NCBI GenBank assembly: GCA_963665235.2
Contig: CAXXLX010000001.1
Location: forward strand, 3,040,001-3,104,000
Direction: 5' to 3'
Length of the DNA: 64,000 bases
Source: Candidatus Poribacteria bacterium
Lineage (GTDB): Bacteria > Poribacteria > WGA-4E > WGA-3G
Shown one piece after another: positions 19,504 through 26,188 of this stretch. The position numbers and the translations under genes were made by a program. Position 1 is the first letter of the stretch. Every line of letters begins with the position of its first letter. The notes under the pieces are model-generated. The model had not been told where the DNA came from, made no database searches, and worked only from the letters and a program-made list of their open reading frames with translations.

Positions 19504-19851
19504 TTACACAGAATCATCATGTTTCCTGAACCTTGCTGACATAACGTTGAATCCACGTATTCCAAAATAAACGAATACAAACCAAATACCCGTCGCGACC
19601 AAGACAATAAGCAACCTTTCAGCATTTAGAAGTAATCCAAAAAATAATATAAAAAGGCAACACCCCTTAATCCAACCCCGTTGCGTCGTAAGATAAGTAT
19701 ATATGCTCGGAAGAAACAACACTTGACAAATATCTGTTAGAACTCCCTCACCCCTTACTATGTCCCAGAGAGCTTCAAAAGGAATACCGTATTTTACACC
19801 TTCAAATAAAAGATATATTATAAATCGATAGTAACGATAGAAATCCTCCAT
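19504..19851 (-). CDS. hypothetical membrane protein
   Basis: 115-aa hydrophobic ORF with a GAGGGG RBS. Confidence 0.55.
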   Translation of the reverse strand: MEDFYRYYRFIIYLLFEGVKYGIPFEALWDIVRGEGVLTDICQVLFLPSIYTYLTTQRGWIKGCCLFILFFGLLLNAERLLIVLVATGIWFVFVYFGIRGFNVMSARFRKHDDSV

Positions 19852-19917
19852 CTACTGCCCCTCTCATATCTGGTCCCGCTAAACTCTTTTGCAATACCGT
19901 TTCTTCTTAATTGATTC

Positions 19918-19977
19918 AATCTTAGCGTCCCTAAAACCGATTACTTGCCAAGCAGAAAATTACCGGCACGCTCACAT
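19918..19977 (-). repeat. partial copy of the island leader element
   Basis: tagcgtccctaaaaccgattacttgccaagcagaaaatt shared with 20708-20845 and 23663-23800. Confidence 0.85.
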
Positions 19978-19999
19978 GGAGAAACCGCCTAATGTTAAA

Positions 20000-20449
20000 T
20001 CACGGAACGCTTGAAACAAAGTGATTTTCGGGAGTTTTGTGATTATTGGAAATAGGTTTGGTTTCTACTATCCCTTTTGAATAACTAATAGTGGTATCAA
20101 AATTGCACAGAAAATCCAAACCTAATATGGCATCTGTAGTTATATCAGGAGCCAATTGATGAAGTATAATATCCATATCATTTACCGATTCACCAATTGC
20201 TTCAACTTTTGAAACTCTTATAATCTTACTCCATCCTGAACCATAAACCCCAGAAAACGCCGCCATCTCTTTAGGTTTCGAAATATCATAACCTAAATTT
20301 GAAGCGACTTTTGGAGGTATCACACTACGCGCTGCACCAGTGTCCAGCACTGCACTCATTGTTAAAGAAGATTCAAGTGTCTCACTATATACAGTCAAAT
20401 TCAAGATGATTAACTTATCTCTAGAAATATTGAAACGAATACATCCCAT
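20000..20449 (-). CDS. retropepsin-like aspartic protease
   Basis: AVLDTGA catalytic motif and ILGLDFL. Confidence 0.88.
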   Translation of the reverse strand: MGCIRFNISRDKLIILNLTVYSETLESSLTMSAVLDTGAARSVIPPKVASNLGYDISKPKEMAAFSGVYGSGWSKIIRVSKVEAIGESVNDMDIILHQLAPDITTDAILGLDFLCNFDTTISYSKGIVETKPISNNHKTPENHFVSSVP

Positions 20450-20676
20450 TAAAGTATGAACAATCTATCTTCAGGCATTTTGCCGGTATAGTGTATCGCT
20501 GCTCCTCCTATAAATCCGCCTAATGCATCATAGACATCATCACGGACTCTGCTATGAACAGAAACGATACCGCCTAGGAGTTCAGTATTCTCACTGATTT
20601 CAGGTTCTATAATAAACAACCACTCATTTGGATATTTCCGTTCCATTTCTGCTATCGTTAAACGTTCAGCATCCAT
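20449..20676 (-). CDS. small protein (DUF5678-like) translationally coupled to the aspartic protease
   Basis: ERKYPNEWLFI..GIVSVHSRVRDDVY..HYTG; TAATG stop/start overlap. Confidence 0.7.
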   Translation of the reverse strand: MDAERLTIAEMERKYPNEWLFIIEPEISENTELLGGIVSVHSRVRDDVYDALGGFIGGAAIHYTGKMPEDRLFIL

Positions 20677-20707
20677 TTTATAATAGTCTCCTCAAATCTG
20701 GAATTGG

Positions 20708-20845
20708 ACGAATACGGTCGGGTTACCGAAAAACTCGACAGCAAACGATTTTAGCGTCCCTAAAACCGATTACCTGCCAAGGAGAAAATTGCCAACACGC
20801 TATTATTAATTATACACCCCAGAAAAGCATTTGTCAAGTTAAAAT
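20708..20845 (-). promoter_or_regulatory. promoter (TTGACA-N17-TATAAT, 20809-20837) plus ~95-nt structured leader, copy B
   Basis: highly similar to 23663-23800; long imperfect hairpin with compensatory changes. Confidence 0.8.
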
Positions 20846-20941
20846 TCAGAAAAATGTCATTTTTTTGAATTTTAAGGGTTTTTGCACCTTTCCAAATCCT
20901 CCGAAACGGGTAAAACCCATCGTTAGCATTTCGGATAACGA

Positions 20942-20990
20942 CAAACTGATTACTTACCAAGAAGAAAATTACCAGCACACTCACGATGGG
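20942..20990 (-). repeat. degenerate partial copy of the island leader element
   Basis: aaactgattacttaccaagaagaaaattaccagcacactcac, resembling the 19918-19977 copy. Confidence 0.7.
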
Positions 20991-21103
20991 AAATCTTCTA
21001 ACCGCGCCCCCTACGCGAAGCGAGGCTACAAACTTTACCTATGAGACTGGGGTGTGGCTGCCTTCTACAAACAAAATGTGGCATATAGAAATTGTCCAAT
21101 ATC

Positions 21104-21469
21104 TCACCCAACTGTCTTATCTTTTCGCTGATGTACAATAACACGATTGCCATCGGGGTCTTTAATAATTGCCCAAAAGCATACAGCGGATTCTCCTAAA
21201 GGCGAAAGAGCATGAATTCCTGCCTGCTCTAATTCTTCCACGGTAGTCTGCGCGTCCTCAACAGCAAGCGCGACTGTTCCGCCACCGGGATGTGTGAAAT
21301 CATAACCCTGTCCTAATACCAATGTGCCGGGGTTTATCTCAAATTCTGCCCATGTGCCTTCATGCACCAAACATGCTAGTGGGATTCCAAGCAGGTCACG
21401 ATAAAAGGCGAGTGATTTTTGCATATCGCTCACCGCAAAGAAAGTAAAGTCAATGCCTAATATATTCAC
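21104..21469 (-). CDS. VOC/glyoxalase/bleomycin-resistance family protein
   Basis: AVSDMQKSLAFYRDLLG...KDPDGNRVIVH. Confidence 0.88.
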   Translation of the reverse strand: MNILGIDFTFFAVSDMQKSLAFYRDLLGIPLACLVHEGTWAEFEINPGTLVLGQGYDFTHPGGGTVALAVEDAQTTVEELEQAGIHALSPLGESAVCFWAIIKDPDGNRVIVHQRKDKTVG

Positions 21470-21507
21470 AACTAAAGTCTCCTCTATTCACGCTTAAAGT
21501 GATATAC

Positions 21508-21663
21508 TAACCCAAGTTGCTACTTATAAGTTTTTAGACTTGGAAACACCGTCTTTAATGAAAATATGCTGAGAATTAGCTAATATTTGTCCCGTTCCCT
21601 TCCAATTCGCACACAAATATGCACAATCTGGAAGATTATGCTACTATGTGGCAACTTAGGTTA
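21508..21663. mobile_element. MITE with 16-bp TIR TAACC(C/T)AAGTTGC(C/T)AC and a 3-bp TAC target duplication
   Basis: TAC|taacccaagttgctac ... gtggcaacttaggtta|TAC; same TIR family as 51771-52293. Confidence 0.75.
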
Positions 21664-21665
21664 TA

Positions 21666-22622
21666 CTAGGCAGCAAGGGTTTGGATGGGGTATTCAAGAG
21701 GCTCGGGTGCTGTCCAGAACGGATGCCAATCTGTGGCGCGCTCCGTTCCGATGTAAAGCGTTTTTCCAATGACTGCCCACGCTGTTCCCTCGGATGTAAA
21801 CGCAATATAGCCTGTCCTAATCCGATCCGTGGAGTTTGTGAGCTGATCGTTGAGTTGAGTCCACGTCGCGCCGCCATTCTCCGAACGGCAGAGCCAAGCA
21901 CCCCCGCCTCTCGGTCCGTTCTGGACTGTGGCAATTAGTAGGTCTGGGTCTGCTGGATGTACGGCAATAGCGGTACCGTAGCGAACCGGCAACCCTTCAA
22001 TCCGATTTACCCACGAGTCCCCTCGGTCTGGACTGATATAGACACCGTTGGCGGTGTTCGCATACACCTGATAATCGTTCGCAGGACACGTAGCGACCTG
22101 ATGAACATCTTTATGAAGCTCTGGCGTGACGGGTTCCCAAGAAATCCCTTCATCGTGGGAACGCATGATACTTCCGACGTGGATATCTGCGTAACAAAAA
22201 CCGTCTTGGGTTTTGGCAAAAGTTCGGACAGCTGGAGGACCGCCCCACGGGGTATACCAATCTTTCCGACATTCTAATTCGTCAAACGCGATGACCCGCT
22301 CAGCCGGTCCTTCTGTTCCAACGAGGCGATAGACATAAGCTCCCTCATCCGTTCCGATGAGCAGTGTCAATGGCTCTTCATTAACAACGAGCAGCGAAGC
22401 GATTGGAGCTTCTATACCCGTTGGAATTCGTTTTTCGTCATCTTCTGATAAAATTAGTAGCGTTCCATCGGATAGGGCAGAGACCACGGCTTGACCTTTT
22501 GACAGTGAAACCATTGTGCCGTGTGCATTCCTTCCGCTGTCTGTGCCTTTATAGATTTGGATGGGTTCACCGTTTCCATCATCTTCAACAGCGTAGATAG
22601 CGTCATAAGTGGCGATAAACAT
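21666..22622 (-). CDS. BNR/Asp-box beta-propeller protein
   Basis: repeated SxDxGxSW boxes (SHDEGISW, SPDRGDSW, SENGGATW); WYTPWGGPP; start 22622 after AAGGAG. Confidence 0.8.
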   Translation of the reverse strand: MFIATYDAIYAVEDDGNGEPIQIYKGTDSGRNAHGTMVSLSKGQAVVSALSDGTLLILSEDDEKRIPTGIEAPIASLLVVNEEPLTLLIGTDEGAYVYRLVGTEGPAERVIAFDELECRKDWYTPWGGPPAVRTFAKTQDGFCYADIHVGSIMRSHDEGISWEPVTPELHKDVHQVATCPANDYQVYANTANGVYISPDRGDSWVNRIEGLPVRYGTAIAVHPADPDLLIATVQNGPRGGGAWLCRSENGGATWTQLNDQLTNSTDRIRTGYIAFTSEGTAWAVIGKTLYIGTERATDWHPFWTAPEPLEYPIQTLAA

Positions 22623-22974
22623 TACGTAATCTCCTTTTGATAATTTCGCCATTATATCAATCCAAGTTATCGGCAAGGCGATAGTATTTCCGTAGGTCAC
22701 CAGCCGTATAAATTTCAACGTTGTCTTAATTTTGCGGATTTACGGCAAAATTAAACCAGAGTCGCTGTGATTTTAATGCAACTTCCACATTCTGTCAAAT
22801 CAAAATTCGCGCCCGAGTGTGTAGGTATTTCATCAAAATGTTGCATGGCAGGCGGGCCTGAAGCGCAAATTATCTCGGATGAGGCAAATTCATAGTTAAT
22901 TTAGCATAGACACAGCAATAGGTCTTAATAGTCAAATTTCTTCACGACACCAATGCCTCCCTATTCGGCAGCGG

Positions 22975-23406
22975 TTAGTCCTTTATGCTATTGCCATTCG
23001 CTGTGACTCCCGGCGTGCTGTTTTGTGAAGGCGGTGCTTCGTCAAAGGGAAGGCCTTTTGCCTCTGCCTCCAACCGGCGAGTATTCCAAGCAGCTATCTC
23101 TTTATATACCTCGGCTTTAGCGGCAGCGGCAAGTGCTGCATCATGCTTTTCTATTTGCCGTTTCATCAAATTCCAGAATAACATAAGTAATGAACCTCCT
23201 ACATCTAAACAAAATGTTAGAAAGAATGCGGTAGGTATCGCGTCTGTGACATCAGCGGCTATCAGGCGAACCCGTTCAGAAAAACTGTTCACCTCAACAG
23301 GCGGTGCCGTGAAAAGATAGCTCACTACCGCTACAATAAAAAAAATCGCGTTCCCTAATCCAATATCTTGAGTGAAACTGAAGAGAGGTGCCCGCTTCTT
23401 TTTCAC
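22975..23406 (-). CDS. hypothetical membrane protein
   Basis: GTG start after AAGGAG; two TM segments; WNTRRLEAEAKGLPFDEAPP tail. Confidence 0.65.
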   Translation of the reverse strand: MKKKRAPLFSFTQDIGLGNAIFFIVAVVSYLFTAPPVEVNSFSERVRLIAADVTDAIPTAFFLTFCLDVGGSLLMLFWNLMKRQIEKHDAALAAAAKAEVYKEIAAWNTRRLEAEAKGLPFDEAPPSQNSTPGVTANGNSIKD

Positions 23407-23482
23407 ACTATGCTCCTTTTTTATTGTATAAGTTAACGTGATTTCGAAAAAACTACATCCTTCTATGCAATAAACCCCTTCG

Positions 23483-23664
23483 CCTATTCCTGGCACTTCA
23501 AAGGCACATGTGCACTCAGCGGAATGTCGGTTTCGGCAACACCCTCCGCTTGTAGGTTTCAATTCCCTTCAAACAAGCAAGTAGATGTGCACGCGCAGAG
23601 TTATCTGCAATTGCAGTATGCACTGAATTTCAATTCCCTGATCTGCCGGCGGCCACAATTTTAC
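23483..23664 (-). CRISPR. degenerate, cas-less CRISPR-like mini-array (one clear 37-nt repeat, two degenerate repeats, two spacer-length intervals)
   Basis: minus strand: GTAAAATT...CAGGGAATTGAAAT (23627-23664), 34 nt, GTGCACATCTACTTGCTTGTTTGAAGGGAATTGAAAC (23556-23592), 40 nt, GTGCACATGTGCCTTTGAAG... (from 23515); directly follows promoter plus leader. Confidence 0.5.
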
Positions 23665-23800
23665 GAATACGGGCAGGTTAGCGAAAAACTCGACAGCAAA
23701 CGATTTTAGCGTGTCTAAAACCGATTACTTGCCAAGCAGAAAATTGCCTGCACGTTATTATTGATTATACACCCTAAAAAAGCGTTTGTCAAGTTAAAAT
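23663..23800 (-). promoter_or_regulatory. promoter (TTGACA-N17-TATAAT, 23764-23792) plus ~95-nt structured leader, copy A
   Basis: perfect sigma70 consensus followed by a long hairpin 23666-23759. Confidence 0.8.
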
Positions 23801-23831
23801 GAGGGTTTTTGCAATTTGTTGCGTTCTTTAT

Positions 23832-25004
23832 CTATGTCAGTGCAGGCAGCTCCGGCAATTCCATCCATCTGCGATTTTTCCAAGATTCCATGCCCTTTTC
23901 TGCTAACTGAACCCCTTTCGCTCCTTCAAGCAGCGTCCACGGAAACGGTTCATCCGCAACGACATGTCGAAGGAAGAGCTCCCACTGTGCCCGAAACGCA
24001 TTTTCGTACGTTTCCTGTTCAGGAATTTTGAGCCATCCATCAAAAAATTTAATCGGTTGTTCAATGTCGGGATTCCAGACAGGTCGGGGGGTACCAGAGA
24101 GTGGTTGAATCCAACAATCTCGCAAACCGGCAATAGCGGACCCGTTCAAACCGTCTACCTGTATTGTCAACAGGTCATCTCGGCGGACACGGACTGCCCA
24201 GGAGGAGTTGAAATGTGCAACAATTCCATCCGCGAGTTCAAAGGTAGCATACGCGGCATCTTCAGCCGTGCATTGATACGGTTCGCTGTTTTCATCCCAA
24301 CGTTGTGGGAGATGCGTCGTGGCGATACAGGAGACACCTTTGACAGCACCGAAAAGGTTGTCTAAAACATATCGCCAGTGGCTAAACATATCGAGAATAA
24401 TACCGCCGCCATCTTCGGCGCGGTAGTTCCATGAGGGACGCTGGGTCGGTATAGCGTCGCCTTGGAAAACCCAATATCCGAATTCTCCCCGGATAGCGAT
24501 AATTTTACCGAAAAAGGCTGCATCTATCAACCGTTTCAGTTTCCGAATACCGGGCAGCCAGAGTTTATCCTGAACCACTCCGTTTTTAAGTCCTGCTTTC
24601 GCCGCCCGTTCATAGAGACGATATGCATCGGCGGTTGTGGTAGCCGTCGGTTTTTCACAATAGATGTGTTTACCAGCGGCTATTGCCGCTTCAACTGCAG
24701 CGACGCGAAGTGACGTGACCTGTGCGTCAAAATAGACAGTATAAGTGCTGTCAGCCAAGGCAGCGTCTACATCCGTACTCCACTTTTCAACCCCCGTCAC
24801 TTTGGACAATTTTTCAAGTTTCGTCGGATTTCTGCCGACAAGGAACGGGTCGGGCATGATGACTTCACCATCCCCGATTGGAATGCCGCCGTCTTCGGCA
24901 ATTGCTAAGAGAGAACGGATGAGGTGTTGGTTCGTTCCCATCCTCCCGGTGACACCGTTCATGATAATACCGACTCGGTGTGTTTTCTGCACATCATTTG
25001 TCAT
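23832..25004 (-). CDS. Gfo/Idh/MocA family oxidoreductase
   Basis: IIMNGVTGRMG, HIYCEKP, GEFGYWVF, GGGIILDMFSHW. Confidence 0.92.
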   Translation of the reverse strand: MTNDVQKTHRVGIIMNGVTGRMGTNQHLIRSLLAIAEDGGIPIGDGEVIMPDPFLVGRNPTKLEKLSKVTGVEKWSTDVDAALADSTYTVYFDAQVTSLRVAAVEAAIAAGKHIYCEKPTATTTADAYRLYERAAKAGLKNGVVQDKLWLPGIRKLKRLIDAAFFGKIIAIRGEFGYWVFQGDAIPTQRPSWNYRAEDGGGIILDMFSHWRYVLDNLFGAVKGVSCIATTHLPQRWDENSEPYQCTAEDAAYATFELADGIVAHFNSSWAVRVRRDDLLTIQVDGLNGSAIAGLRDCWIQPLSGTPRPVWNPDIEQPIKFFDGWLKIPEQETYENAFRAQWELFLRHVVADEPFPWTLLEGAKGVQLAEKGMESWKNRRWMELPELPALT

Positions 25005-25006
25005 AG

Positions 25007-25459
25007 TTAATCCTTTACGGGTTTGTCAGTGCATTGAGATGCTGCACCTTTGGGGAGTGGTGGGGCATCGACACCCGCTTTCGGCAGTGTGCCGGCTAAT
25101 TCCTGTTTCCAATGTTCGACATCGCCTGCTGGCCCATAGCAGTATACCATCTTCATAGGGGTGTCGCCTGTGTTTGTCAACTGGTGGAAAACCCATGAAG
25201 GGATAAAAACGGTCTGACCTGCGGAGAGTGTTTGCCGTTCCTCGCCGAGACACATTTCGCCTTCCCCTTCAACGATGAAATAAATCTCTTCCTGTTCGTG
25301 GTTATGCCATGGAACTTGTCCACCGTTCGGCTCTAAGACGACAAATCCCAAACAAAATTCATCTATCTGAATTGGGGATGCACCACCGACAAGGTTTTTG
25401 GTTGTTCTACGGGCGGGATAGGTGCGTCCATCCATTTTGTTGACATCTGCAATAAGCAT
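25007..25459 (-). CDS. cupin domain protein
   Basis: PWHNHEQEEIYFIVEGEG...FIPSWVFHQLTNTG. Confidence 0.9.
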   Translation of the reverse strand: MLIADVNKMDGRTYPARRTTKNLVGGASPIQIDEFCLGFVVLEPNGGQVPWHNHEQEEIYFIVEGEGEMCLGEERQTLSAGQTVFIPSWVFHQLTNTGDTPMKMVYCYGPAGDVEHWKQELAGTLPKAGVDAPPLPKGAASQCTDKPVKD

Positions 25460-25492
25460 GATATAATCCTTTCAAAGTAAATTGGGTGAAAC

Positions 25493-26089
25493 CTATTCAA
25501 AGAGTTCAGCCACCTGACAAGAAAATCCTTCTATAACGTCCTCACCGGTGAGTGTGTCATTCCGCGTTAGTAATGTGATGTCTGTCTCCGAACGATAAAC
25601 CGTCACTGTTTTTGATGTGGGTTGAATAACCCATACGAGCTGTGTGCCTGCCTCAAGGTATGCTAAAACCTTTTCATCAATACGGTAGATCGTATCTGTC
25701 GGTGAAACCACCTCAACAGCGAGGTCCGGCGGGAACTGAAACGCTTTACTCCGGTCAGCGGGGAGCCGGTCTGTTGAAACGAAGGCGATATCAGGGATTA
25801 GCATCCTTTCACCAATCCAGAAGCTTGTATTCGCTATATAGACACGTCCTAATTGGTTTTCACGAACATATAGGTGTAACGGCGAAATTAGGTTCAGGCT
25901 AATTTCACTGTGCTCTCCTGGAGTAGGGAGCCTCGGCACTAATTCTCCTTCGATGTATTCATAACCCTCTAAATCGGTTTTAAGGAATTCCTCAAACGTC
26001 ATCGTGATTTTAGAAGGGTACTCCCCTTGTAGCAAGGAGACGGTGGCAGGTGTGTCGGGAGGCAGTGCGTCGTATTCTTTTGTGTTCAT
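25493..26089 (-). CDS. Uma2 family putative endonuclease
   Basis: YEYIEGEL, IPDIAFV, PPDLAVEVVSP, YLEAGTQLVWVI. Confidence 0.92.
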   Translation of the reverse strand: MNTKEYDALPPDTPATVSLLQGEYPSKITMTFEEFLKTDLEGYEYIEGELVPRLPTPGEHSEISLNLISPLHLYVRENQLGRVYIANTSFWIGERMLIPDIAFVSTDRLPADRSKAFQFPPDLAVEVVSPTDTIYRIDEKVLAYLEAGTQLVWVIQPTSKTVTVYRSETDITLLTRNDTLTGEDVIEGFSCQVAELFE

Positions 26090-26131
26090 GTTTCGTTCCC
26101 CGCTATTTTGATTAAAAGTGTTGTTTCAAAC

Positions 26132-26165
26132 ACTGCTCTCCCACCGTTTTAAGGGGGAGAGCAGT
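26132..26165 (-). terminator. hairpin, probable terminator downstream of ppdK
   Basis: actgctctccc...gggagagcagt stem. Confidence 0.6.
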
Positions 26166-26188
26166 GCAGAAAATATTTTGGATTAAGC

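Noticed and set aside
20711-20804. Leader hairpin as SRP, 6S or tmRNA
   Set aside because: It lacks the SRP domain IV motif, is multi-copy, and is too short for 6S or tmRNA.
22863-22876. Partial similarity (gcgcaaattatct) to the first mini-array interval as a self-target
   Set aside because: The match is too short and gapped to distinguish from chance.
19918-23800. Leader repeats as integron attC sites
   Set aside because: I found no convincing RYYYAAC/GTTRRRY core pair, the full copies lie upstream of genes behind promoters, and there is no integrase in the window.
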